A stretch of DNA of 64,000 nt. It comes from an uncultured Candidatus Saccharibacteria bacterium (GTDB lineage Bacteria; Patescibacteriota; Minisyncoccia; UBA6257; 1-14-0-10-44-23). Numbering within the stretch: the first letter of the stretch is position 1; each line of letters starts with the position of its first letter. Below are positions 10,025 through 19,769 of this stretch, piece after piece. A model generated the notes under the pieces. The model did no database searches. It had not been told where the DNA came from and worked only from the letters and a program-made list of their open reading frames with translations. The position numbers were made by a program, and so were the translations under genes. Where the stretch lies: positions 206,196 through 270,195 of the forward strand of contig CAYMXN010000002.1 in the NCBI GenBank assembly GCA_964394435.1, read 5' to 3'.

Positions 10025-11236
10025 TTAGAGTTGTCCGACGAGCTGGTAGATTGGGACAATTACTGCTAGTGCGACGGTGCCGATGATTGCTCCGATAAAG
10101 AGCAGCATGGTTGGTTCAATAAAAGTAATGGCGCTCTTAATTGAGGTATCGATTTCTGATTCATAAAATCTTCCGAGGGTTGCGAGGATTTCTTCGAGGT
10201 GCCCGGCTTTTTCGGATATTGCGATGAGGTTAGTTACCACTGCGGGAAACGCGTTTTCTCGACGAAAGGCTTCGCCGAGTGAGATGCCCTGGGCGACTCC
10301 TTGGTTGGCGACGCGAAATACGGCATCTTGGAGTTTTGGGTAGCCGATTGTTTGCGCGGTGATTGTTAGTGCGTCAATAATTGGCACTCCGGCACGTAAG
10401 AGCGACGAGAGCGTAGTCGCAAAGCGTTGTATCGCAAGTTGATACGAGATGCCTTTAATTATTGGGATGCGGACAAGCATACTCCTAAAGAAGTTCTTTC
10501 CGCTAAGCGTCCTTGAGAATATGAATATGGCGAGTCCGGCTATTACTCCGAGGCCGATAAACGCCCAAATGTATGTATTTATAAATAGACCGACTGCGAA
10601 TACGACGCGTGAAAATGCGGGCGGTTTAAATCCTCCGGATAGGAATATATTGGCGAGGCGTGGGAGGGCGAAGGTAGTTAAAAAGATCAAAATGAGTAAC
10701 GAGAGTCCGAGGAGAATCATTGGGTATACAAGCGCTCCGCGGATTTTTGAGCGCAGTGTTTTTTCTTTATCGAGCGCTTCGCTTAGATCCTCAAAGACGC
10801 GTTCAAGATTGCCCGAGGCTTCGCCTGATTTAACAAGATTGATAAAGATTGGAGAAAAATATTTTGGATAGCGCGTAAAGGTTGAGTAGAAGGGCTGACC
10901 GCGTTCAAGAGACTCTCGAATTTCAATTAACAATGCGCGTAGGGCTGGTTTTTCAAAGTCGGCGATTAATATGTTAATCGCTTGAAAGAGGTCGGTACCG
11001 ACTTTGAGCATAATCGCTAGATACTTTGTCAGAAATATCTTGTCGGTGATCGTAATTTTTTGTCCAAAGACATGACGGCCGGACTCACTCGCTTCACCGG
11101 TTTTCATTGCTTTAACGGAAACAGGGCGAAGTCCTTGGCTGGCAAGATTAATGAGTAGCTCCTGGGTGCTATTTGCCTCTGTCGTACCTTCGGTTATTTT
11201 CCCGCTTTGAGTTGATGCGACGTAGTGAAATTTCAT
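10025..11236 (-). CDS. pilC: Type IV pilus platform protein PilC (T2SS F family)
   Basis: GEASGNL, ALVYP, EKAGHLE, FIEP motifs; three TMs. Confidence 0.93.
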   Translation of the reverse strand: MKFHYVASTQSGKITEGTTEANSTQELLINLASQGLRPVSVKAMKTGEASESGRHVFGQKITITDKIFLTKYLAIMLKVGTDLFQAINILIADFEKPALRALLIEIRESLERGQPFYSTFTRYPKYFSPIFINLVKSGEASGNLERVFEDLSEALDKEKTLRSKIRGALVYPMILLGLSLLILIFLTTFALPRLANIFLSGGFKPPAFSRVVFAVGLFINTYIWAFIGLGVIAGLAIFIFSRTLSGKNFFRSMLVRIPIIKGISYQLAIQRFATTLSSLLRAGVPIIDALTITAQTIGYPKLQDAVFRVANQGVAQGISLGEAFRRENAFPAVVTNLIAISEKAGHLEEILATLGRFYESEIDTSIKSAITFIEPTMLLFIGAIIGTVALAVIVPIYQLVGQL

Positions 11237-11311
11237 TCTAGTGAGTAGTTGGCCTTATACGTAGAAAGGGGCTTGGTATATGTATAAGTATATCAGATAA
11301 TTTGTTGCAAA

Positions 11312-11337
11312 AACGCCTGCATCTATGCAGGCGTTTG
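11312..11337. terminator. Hairpin between pilB and pilC (intrinsic terminator-like)
   Basis: AAACGCCTGCAT-CT-ATGCAGGCGTTT. Confidence 0.65.
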
Positions 11338-11338
11338 A

Positions 11339-13051
11339 TTATTCTCTGATGACACGAAGGATCTCGTCGATAGTTGTTGTTCCTCTAGTTACTTTGATGA
11401 GCCCGTCTTCAAACATTGTCTTCATTCCGGCTTTCTGCGCCATCTGGCGTAGACCGTCAATACTGAATTCCGGACTATGAATATACTGCCTTATTTCTTC
11501 GTTGACTTCGAGAATTTCAAAGATGCCTAATCTGCCACGGTAGCCGGTGTGTCCACATGACGGGCAGCCCTTTCCTTTGAATAGCGTCTTTGGCACTGGC
11601 GTTTTTTCTGGAGCGAGGCCAAGGTCTGCTATCTGGCGTTTAATGATGGCTACGATATCTGGGGTGATTTCATACGAGTATAAGCAGTCGAGGCAGATAC
11701 GGCGGACGAGTCGTTGTGCCAGCACTGCGTTTACTACTACTGCGATTAGAAATGGGGGAACTTTCATGTCTACGAGACGTGGAATCGCCGTTGGGGCGTC
11801 GTTGGTGTGGAGCGAGGAGAGTACGAGGTGTCCGGTTAGTGCTGCTTGGACAGAGATTTCAGCAGTTTCACTATCTCTAATCTCACCAACCATAATAATG
11901 TTTGGGTCTTGGCGGAGGATGGCGCGTAGGGCGCTGGCGAAGGTGATGCCAGCAGCTTCGTTGATTTGAGTTTGGTTGACGTATTTAATATCGTACTCGA
12001 TTGGATCTTCGACGGTTACGATATTAACTTCTGGTTTGTTGAGGAGGCTAAGTGTTGAGTATAGTGTCGTTGATTTACCTGAACCAGTTGGACCAGTTAC
12101 TAAAATCATTCCGTATGAGCGACTAATGTTTTCGGTGATGATTTTTATCATCTCGGGGAGCATGCCAAGCTCTTCGAGGGAGGGGACGTGTGAGTTTGAA
12201 AGGAGGAGGCGAAGCACGATTTTTTCGCCATAGAAGGTTGGAAGGATAGAGACGCGGATATCTACTGATTCGTTGCCAATCTTGTACTTAAAGCGTCCAT
12301 CTTGTGGATTGGTGTGTTCGTCGAGCTTCATCGCTGATAGGATTTTAAATCGAGCGACAACTGCCGGCAAAATATCTTTTTGGACGCGAATTATTTCATG
12401 TAAAATACCATCGATGCGGTAGCGGACTAAGATTTCTTTTTCGAGCGGTTCGATGTGTACGTCAGATGCGCGCAATGAGAGGGCGTAGGCGAGGATATTG
12501 TCTGTAATTGAGATAATGGGGACTTCTCCGGCCGCTTCAGAGTCTTTTTTACCAGCGAGCGTTAGCGATGCACGAATATTTTCCTGAATAATCTTCTTAA
12601 ATCCTTCTACGTGTTGTTTTCCATAGAAGGCGAAGATGCTATTGAGTGTTGTTTTGCCGGCTAAAAATGGTTTTACGTTGGATTGTAGTCTTGTTTCGAG
12701 AAATTCAATCGTATTTAGGTCGCTCGGGTCTTCCATGGCAACATCGACGGTGCCATCAGCTTCTCTTTTGAAGGTGATCACCCGGCGACTGCGAGCGTAA
12801 TCTTCGGGGATGAGGTTGAGTGTTTCAGCATCAATACTAGCTGGGTCCAGATTAGCCATTTGCACGCCAAAAAAATCGGCGAGCAGGTTATTATAATACT
12901 CATCGGTGATGATGCTTTTTGAGATGAGCATGTCGGCGATGCCTTGCCCCATGCGCTTACTCTCCGCTTGATATGCGTCAAAGTCTTCAGCAGAGATAAT
13001 TCCATCCTGTGTTAAGCTCGTTTTAAGTTGTTCGGCGGGGATTTGAAACAT
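11339..13051 (-). CDS. pilB: Type IV pilus assembly ATPase PilB (GspE family)
   Basis: ASDVHIEP, GPTGSGKST Walker A, TVEDPIE, LRQDPN, TGHLVLSSLHTND, CxxC...CxxC. Confidence 0.96.
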   Translation of the reverse strand: MFQIPAEQLKTSLTQDGIISAEDFDAYQAESKRMGQGIADMLISKSIITDEYYNNLLADFFGVQMANLDPASIDAETLNLIPEDYARSRRVITFKREADGTVDVAMEDPSDLNTIEFLETRLQSNVKPFLAGKTTLNSIFAFYGKQHVEGFKKIIQENIRASLTLAGKKDSEAAGEVPIISITDNILAYALSLRASDVHIEPLEKEILVRYRIDGILHEIIRVQKDILPAVVARFKILSAMKLDEHTNPQDGRFKYKIGNESVDIRVSILPTFYGEKIVLRLLLSNSHVPSLEELGMLPEMIKIITENISRSYGMILVTGPTGSGKSTTLYSTLSLLNKPEVNIVTVEDPIEYDIKYVNQTQINEAAGITFASALRAILRQDPNIIMVGEIRDSETAEISVQAALTGHLVLSSLHTNDAPTAIPRLVDMKVPPFLIAVVVNAVLAQRLVRRICLDCLYSYEITPDIVAIIKRQIADLGLAPEKTPVPKTLFKGKGCPSCGHTGYRGRLGIFEILEVNEEIRQYIHSPEFSIDGLRQMAQKAGMKTMFEDGLIKVTRGTTTIDEILRVIRE

Positions 13052-13093
13052 AGGCGATTTCTGTTATTAGTTTACCACGACCGCTTCAGGTTG

Positions 13094-13681
13094 TTATCCT
13101 CCGTACAGGCGTAGCTGCGCTAATGTGCTGATTTTGAGAATAAAGCTACCGAGCAGTAGCGTGGCTATAGCGAATGGAATCCAGTAGCGGTAAAAAGAAA
13201 CGCGCTGCTTTTTTTGGGAGATTGATTTAGTAATAGTAATGAGTACGTAGAATAATAGTGAAAGGCATAGATACGCTATCCAAAGCGGGTGTCCTACGAG
13301 AAATATACATAAAGCGATAAGTATTGTTTCTTCTGGTTCAAAAATCGCTGCTCGTTTTGCTTGAGGAAGCAGTTTGATAAGTCCGAGCAGTACTGTGCTG
13401 ATGGCGAGTGCGATTAGGTATGTGCTAACTATTTGCGTCCACGCGGTGTGTAGAAAATAGGTCACGGGTGCGTAGGGTGGGGCGAGGTATTTTAATGGTG
13501 GCTCGCTGGTTTGCCAAGCGAGGAAGAGGCGGTGTGCTTTGACGCATATCGCCCCTATGACAACTAGCACGAGCGCTAAGCTGATAGACTTTTGATTTTT
13601 AACCAAAAAGGGACGCAGCTTGAGCTGCATCCCCCAAAGGATTATCAGAAGACTTAGATTGATGAGGGTGATTTGATCCAT
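13094..13681 (-). CDS. Multi-TM membrane protein, possibly degenerate prepilin-peptidase (A24)-like
   Basis: About six hydrophobic segments; lies between pilins and pilB; C-terminal half loosely parallels A24 peptidases but has no GxGD. Confidence 0.5.
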   Translation of the reverse strand: MDQITLINLSLLIILWGMQLKLRPFLVKNQKSISLALVLVVIGAICVKAHRLFLAWQTSEPPLKYLAPPYAPVTYFLHTAWTQIVSTYLIALAISTVLLGLIKLLPQAKRAAIFEPEETILIALCIFLVGHPLWIAYLCLSLLFYVLITITKSISQKKQRVSFYRYWIPFAIATLLLGSFILKISTLAQLRLYGG

Positions 13682-13687
13682 TATCGC

Positions 13688-14263
13688 CTAGAGGTCGAGT
13701 CCTGCGTCAGTGCCGGTTTCGTATACGTCGGCGCTGTTGCCGCCGTCGGTTGATTCGAAGTCATCCGAACCACCGTTTTGATAGCGAGCAGACTCCATAT
13801 TGGCGTTTAACTCGAACGTCTTGTTCGTGTTGTCGCAAGAATAGCCGTAGTAGTACGTTGTGCCAGTAGTGACTGGGTCGCGTGGTAATACCGCGAGTGG
13901 GGAGCCACCAGTGGTTGAGGCGAGGTTAACTGCGGCCCAACCAGCACCGTCAACGGTGAAAACCCCAGCGTGTGCGATGGTTGCGGCGGTCATGGTTGAT
14001 GAAACACCCGCTTTGTCTGATCCAAAGTTGGTTCCACAGGTGAATCCCGCGCCGCCCTGAAGGGATGGAGAGGAGACGGTGGTCAAGTAGAGGGTGATCG
14101 CGCTCTTTAGGTTGCCTAAGTCGGTGATACGCTGACTGTCACGAGCTTGAGCAAAGAGCTGCGCTGGGTTAAGTACTAAGACGGTTACGGTTGCTAAGAT
14201 GGCTAAGATGGCGATGACGACGAGCAGTTCGATGAGTGTAAATCCTTTTTTAGTTGGGTTCAT
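13688..14263 (-). CDS. Type IV major pilin, copy 1
   Basis: KKG|FTLIELLVVIAILAIL, ARDSQR, LPRDP, two Cys. Confidence 0.92.
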   Translation of the reverse strand: MNPTKKGFTLIELLVVIAILAILATVTVLVLNPAQLFAQARDSQRITDLGNLKSAITLYLTTVSSPSLQGGAGFTCGTNFGSDKAGVSSTMTAATIAHAGVFTVDGAGWAAVNLASTTGGSPLAVLPRDPVTTGTTYYYGYSCDNTNKTFELNANMESARYQNGGSDDFESTDGGNSADVYETGTDAGLDL

Positions 14264-14329
14264 ACGTATTAATTATTAAGTTATGTCCTAAGCATACCGC
14301 AGTATGTCTTTGCTCGATAGCAGGGATAA

Positions 14330-14338
14330 TGTGGATAA
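14330..14338 (-). promoter_or_regulatory. Perfect DnaA box TTATCCACA upstream of pilin copy 1
   Basis: tgtggataa on + strand. Confidence 0.5.
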
Positions 14339-14371
14339 CAAAAAACCCGCATATTTTGCGGGTTTTTTGTT
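14338..14371. terminator. Intrinsic terminator after pilin copy 2
   Basis: ACAAAAAACCCGC-ATATTTT-GCGGGTTTTTTGT. Confidence 0.85.
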
Positions 14372-14379
14372 CTATCGTC

Positions 14380-14946
14380 TTAGAGATCGAGCGCTGGGTC
14401 GGTGCCGGTTTCGTATACGCTGGCACTGTTGCCGCCATCGGTTGATTCGACATCGTCAGAGCCACCGTTGGCGTAACGCGTTGACTCCATATTGGCGTTT
14501 AACTCGAACGTCTTGTTCGTGTTGTCGCAAGAATAGCCGTAGTAGTACGTTGTGCCAGTAGTGACTGGGTCGCGTGGTAATACCGCGAGTGGGGAGCCAC
14601 CAGTGGTTGAGGCGAGGTTAACTGCGGCCCAACCAGCACCGTCAACGGTGAAAACCCCAGCGTGTGCGATGGTTGCGGCGGTCATGGTTGATGAAACACC
14701 CGCTTTGTCTGATCCAAAGTTGGTTCCACAGGTGAATCCCGCGCCGCCCTGAAGGGATGGAGAGGAGACGGTGGTCAAGTAGAGGGTGATCGCGCTCTTT
14801 AGGTTGCCTAAGTCGGTGATACGCTGACTGTCACGAGCTTGAGCAAAGAGCTGCGCTGGGTTAAGTACTAAGACGGTTACGGTTGCTAAGATGGCTAAGA
14901 TGGCGATGACGACGAGCAGTTCGATGAGTGTAAATCCTTTTTTCAT
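14380..14946 (-). CDS. Type IV major pilin, copy 2
   Basis: MKKG|FTLIELLVVIAILAIL; identical to copy 1 except the leader and C-terminal ~33 aa. Confidence 0.92.
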   Translation of the reverse strand: MKKGFTLIELLVVIAILAILATVTVLVLNPAQLFAQARDSQRITDLGNLKSAITLYLTTVSSPSLQGGAGFTCGTNFGSDKAGVSSTMTAATIAHAGVFTVDGAGWAAVNLASTTGGSPLAVLPRDPVTTGTTYYYGYSCDNTNKTFELNANMESTRYANGGSDDVESTDGGNSASVYETGTDPALDL

Positions 14947-15094
14947 AGAAGTGGTTAATGTTATGTTGTGTGGCTGTATGCTAATGCGCGTATCAGCCGG
15001 TGAAAAAGTACGACCGTTTGATTGGATCGACCAACGGATATACGTGTACTTATTTAGTAAGTATACACGGGTTAGTATTTTCCTACCTATCTAA

Positions 15095-15103
15095 TGTGGA
15101 TAA
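15095..15103 (-). promoter_or_regulatory. Perfect DnaA box TTATCCACA upstream of pilin copy 2
   Basis: tgtggataa on + strand, about 30 nt upstream of a TATACT -10 box at 15060-15065. Confidence 0.5.
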
Positions 15104-15108
15104 GTAGT

Positions 15109-15516
15109 TTATTGCGGAGTTGTTTGGCTTGGCTCGCTTGTCGGATTAAGAAATCCTTTGATGCGTTTGATGAGGTCGTCAATCAAGATGCGCGCTTTAA
15201 TGAAATAATCGATAGCCCCTAGTTCTTTGGCTTTTTGAATATCGCTATCTTGACCAAGATTGCTAATAACCATAAACGGTGTTTTGCTCGTTTTGGGGTC
15301 TTTTTGAATCTCTTCCATAACTTCAAACCCTAGTTTTTTTGGAAGAATGATATCGATTAAGACGAGGTCTGGCTTGAATGTCCTAAGCGTTGAGAGTACT
15401 TCTTCTCCGTCTTTGGCGACCTGGACGTCGAAACTTTCTCGTTTGAGACGGTTTTTGATAAGCGTTGAAAGGAACTCGTCATCTTCGGCTACAAGGATTT
15501 TTTTGAGGTCGGGCAT
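15109..15516 (-). CDS. Single-domain response regulator (CheY-like)
   Basis: MPDLKKILVAEDD...DLVLIDIILP...ISNL...YFIK; start placed at ATG 15516. Confidence 0.9.
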   Translation of the reverse strand: MPDLKKILVAEDDEFLSTLIKNRLKRESFDVQVAKDGEEVLSTLRTFKPDLVLIDIILPKKLGFEVMEEIQKDPKTSKTPFMVISNLGQDSDIQKAKELGAIDYFIKARILIDDLIKRIKGFLNPTSEPSQTTPQ

Positions 15517-15569
15517 ATAAGCGATGAGTATTGGTAGTAGTATAGCAGGGGATGGATTAGTTTCAAAAC

Positions 15570-15596
15570 AAAAAGCAGCCATTCGGCTGCTTTTTT
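15570..15596. terminator. Terminator downstream of 16S rRNA
   Basis: AAAAAGCAGCC-ATTC-GGCTGCTTTTT. Confidence 0.8.
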
Positions 15597-15753
15597 GCAT
15601 CAGTATGATCAAATACTTTGTAGTTGCCCCAACCATACAATCTCCCAAACCTTGCGGTAAGGGGAAGGTGTCGTGACTTAAAAGCTCCACGACCAACACT
15701 TATTTGTTTTATCAAAATCGACACTCCTTTAATCTCCGAAGAGAAAAAAGAAA

Positions 15754-17293
<1,540 letters not shown>

Positions 17294-17719
17294 AAGTATT
17301 TATTTGTCATATGGTTCCTTGCGGAGTCATATGACATCCAAATACTAGACATTGGGACAACTACAAATTATTTGATCTAGTCATACCTTCATATCCATGA
17401 AGGTATTTATTGTGTGCTTCTAAAACCGACTCGCTAGTCATTTTAGAGAGCACTACCTCATCACAACCGATGCTGTGGTTGATGATGAAGCTATCTTGTC
17501 TCACATCTTTCGATAGAGACGTTTTTTCAATGAACTGACGGTGGACTCCTTTTGGTAAAAGGAATACACCTGCCTTGAGGTCCTAGCTTTGATAGGGCTC
17601 CAGGGCAGATGTATCTGGTATATGTTTTGTATTCAGTTGTCTAAAGGCGAAGAGTGCTTTTTGCCTTTTATTGAGCCATGTCTGCAGCAGAAGAAGACTT
17701 GGTTCAACTCGTGAGTACT

Positions 17720-17747
17720 AGTATAGTCGGGGCGAAATAAATGTCAA
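17720..17747 (-). promoter_or_regulatory. Sigma70 promoter of 16S rRNA
   Basis: TTGACA-16 nt-TATACT on the - strand, about 425 nt upstream of mature 16S. Confidence 0.8.
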
Positions 17748-17768
17748 GCAGGTATTTGTGAAAAATTA

Positions 17769-17793
17769 AAAACCGCCTGGATGGGCGGTTTTT
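17769..17793. terminator. Terminator after DoxX gene
   Basis: AAAACCGCC-TGGATG-GGCGGTTTT. Confidence 0.8.
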
Positions 17794-17804
17794 AGCTGAT
17801 AGTT

Positions 17805-18320
17805 TTAGTGTTTTGGTTCTACCTTGCAGACACCGCCGGAACACTTGTTGTCTTTGCAGCAAGAGTTGCAGGCTCCATCTGTGCAGCAGCCGTCAGCGCA
17901 GCCAGAACCTCCCATAAGCGCCCATTTGCCTGGGCCGGTAATCATAAGCGAGAAGACGCCGGCTCCGAGAAGCAGGGCGAGCTCTGGACCGCCGTTGTTA
18001 ACGAAGAATCCGTGGCCAAGGTGCGCGGTAAAAATCGCAACGAGCATATCAATAAGCAGCGCCTTGCTGACCAAGTGGGTGAGTATGCCGAGGATTAAAG
18101 CGATACCACCGAGAAACTCAACCCAGGTAACTACAAATGCGAAAAATGTGGCTGCAGGAATACCGAGCGTGGTAAAAAATCCGGCAACGCCGGCGTTACC
18201 CATTTGTACTTTTTGCCAGCCGTGTAATGCGAACGAGAGACCGATGACAACGCGCAACACGAGGGGAGCAAATGAACTCCAGCTTTTGGCGCACTTACAG
18301 CTTAGAAGACCTTTCAGCAT
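17805..18320 (-). CDS. DoxX family membrane protein with Cys-rich C-terminal tail
   Basis: LRVVIG..FALHGWQK, EFLGG..LILG, H..HGF, GPGKWAL; tail CADGCCTDGACNSCCKDNKCSGGVCK; start placed at ATG 18320. Confidence 0.88.
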   Translation of the reverse strand: MLKGLLSCKCAKSWSSFAPLVLRVVIGLSFALHGWQKVQMGNAGVAGFFTTLGIPAATFFAFVVTWVEFLGGIALILGILTHLVSKALLIDMLVAIFTAHLGHGFFVNNGGPELALLLGAGVFSLMITGPGKWALMGGSGCADGCCTDGACNSCCKDNKCSGGVCKVEPKH

Positions 18321-18434
18321 ACAGTTGATAATGTAAATAGTAATTAATAAATAAGTAATCGACTTCATCTAGTATAGCGTATGAAAATAAAACTGCGCCA
18401 GCGTTTCGCAGGGAAACGGTGGCGCAGGGGGGGG

Positions 18435-18881
18435 CTAAGCTGCGGGGCGAACGGGGCGACGGGGGACGATGGGGACTACAGCGAGACGACAAATCGCTTC
18501 TTTGAGGGCGCTGTTCCCGTAGGCTCGGGCGTCGACTGTCCAGTTGACGGTCCTGGGGTCGGCGCAGAGACTACTGATCATTCGCGACTCGATGAGCGTG
18601 TATCCTTCGTATCCGACGAGTAGCACCGTAGGGATGTCGTGCTCGACATTCTGACGCTGCAGGGCGATGCCGTGGAGCCCCATGCTCCCTGGATCGTCTC
18701 TGTGGCGCCGGATGTCGGCGGCGATAATGATCCCGGTCGGGGACTTGATCGCCTGCACTTCATCGATGCACGTCGCGACTACCACTTCTGCCGCTGGGAG
18801 TATGCCCTTCAGCTCTACTCCTGCCTGCTGCGCGACCTTTTTGAGAGGTAGCGCAACGACGATCTTCGTGAGAATGCGCAA
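18435..18881 (-). CDS. Hypothetical protein, GC-rich SD-led cassette
   Basis: AAGGAGG at 18887-18893 before TTG; terminator hairpin 18393-18427 with T-tract; G/C-ending codons. Confidence 0.6.
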   Translation of the reverse strand: MRILTKIVVALPLKKVAQQAGVELKGILPAAEVVVATCIDEVQAIKSPTGIIIAADIRRHRDDPGSMGLHGIALQRQNVEHDIPTVLLVGYEGYTLIESRMISSLCADPRTVNWTVDARAYGNSALKEAICRLAVVPIVPRRPVRPAA

Positions 18882-18982
18882 GGCACCCTCCTTTATCGGC
18901 CTAGGGGATTACGCTAGGCACGCAGGAATAAGTAAATATCGTTTGAGTAGGCGTTGTCAAATCCACATCTTTGGGTTGAAAA

Positions 18983-19010
18983 TTGACAAATTTTAGTCTT
19001 TCTATATAAT
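18983..19010 (+). promoter_or_regulatory. rpmE promoter
   Basis: TTGACA-16 nt-TATAAT, 11 nt before ATG. Confidence 0.75.
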
Positions 19011-19021
19011 CGAAAGCACTT

Positions 19022-19285
19022 ATGAAACAAGATATCCACCCTACATATTTCAATAAAGCGACTGCGACTTGTGGTTGCGGCAAGGTGTACACGCTCGGCT
19101 CTACGGTTGAGAAGATTAGCGTAGACATTTGCGCGAACTGCCACCCATTTTTTACCGGCAAAGAGAAGCTTATCGATACGGCTGGTAAGGTAGAGAAGTT
19201 TAAGGCTCGTCGTGCGACTGCGGCGGCTGCTCCAAAGAAAGAGAAAAAGGTGCGCGTTGCGAAAAACAAGAAAGACGTTAAGTAA
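19022..19285 (+). CDS. rpmE: 50S ribosomal protein L31 (Zn-binding type)
   Basis: MKQDIHPTY, CGCG, CANCHPFFTG. Confidence 0.97.
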   Translation: MKQDIHPTYFNKATATCGCGKVYTLGSTVEKISVDICANCHPFFTGKEKLIDTAGKVEKFKARRATAAAAPKKEKKVRVAKNKKDVK

Positions 19286-19318
19286 TAAAAATCCCGCCAG
19301 TTGGCGGGATTTTTATTT
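19284..19318. terminator. Bidirectional terminator rpmE / NUDIX
   Basis: AATAAAAATCCCGCCA-GT-TGGCGGGATTTTTATT. Confidence 0.85.
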
Positions 19319-19764
19319 TATTTCTTCTTATTAAATGGTTTGAAGTTCATTGTTTTTTGCATGCGAATCGCTGGGCCAGCAGGGTTGATCGCGTCTTCGA
19401 TACGCTGGCGATGCGTCGGGATAAGCGAAGCGGGGAGTTTGTCGAGCGGGAAAAATCCAACAGCCAGGGTTTCGTCTGATAGTTTTTGCCGTCCGCCAAT
19501 GATCTCGCCACGGAAGGCGAGGACGATATTATTGGCCTTGCGTTTTACATAGATGCCGGTGAGCTTTTGAATCTTTACCTTAAACCCGGTTTCCTCGTAG
19601 ATCTCACGGGCGGCACAGTGTTGTGGCCACTCTCCATATTGGAGTCCGCCACCAGGAATCGCCCACTTGCCATTATCTTCACGCTGAATTAGCAGTACCT
19701 TGCCTCTCTTGATAACAATCGTGAAGCAGCCAATGGTAAATTCCGGTTGTTTGCCGATATTCAT
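19318..19764 (-). CDS. NUDIX hydrolase
   Basis: WAIPGGG...GE....CAAREIYEETG Nudix box; start placed at ATG 19764, just after the kinase stop. Confidence 0.9.
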   Translation of the reverse strand: MNIGKQPEFTIGCFTIVIKRGKVLLIQREDNGKWAIPGGGLQYGEWPQHCAAREIYEETGFKVKIQKLTGIYVKRKANNIVLAFRGEIIGGRQKLSDETLAVGFFPLDKLPASLIPTHRQRIEDAINPAGPAIRMQKTMNFKPFNKKK

Positions 19765-19769
19765 AGCTT

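Larger units (their letters stand above)
13791..14943. repeat. 461-bp identical direct repeat (13791-14251 and 14483-14943; offset 692 bp)
   Basis: Direct comparison of the two pilin genes. Confidence 0.9.

Noticed and set aside
13688-14946. Pilin repeat as a DGR template/variable repeat pair
   Set aside because: No reverse transcriptase in the window, both copies are full genes, and the differences are not confined to adenines.
14330-15103. DnaA boxes as replication origin
   Set aside because: Only two boxes about 765 bp apart, separated by a gene, with no dnaA or extended AT-rich unwinding region.
17670-17712. GGTTCAACTC as a tRNA T-loop
   Set aside because: It is one arm of a simple hairpin (TTGAGCCA/TGGTTCAA) at the start of the rRNA leader; no cloverleaf can be built.
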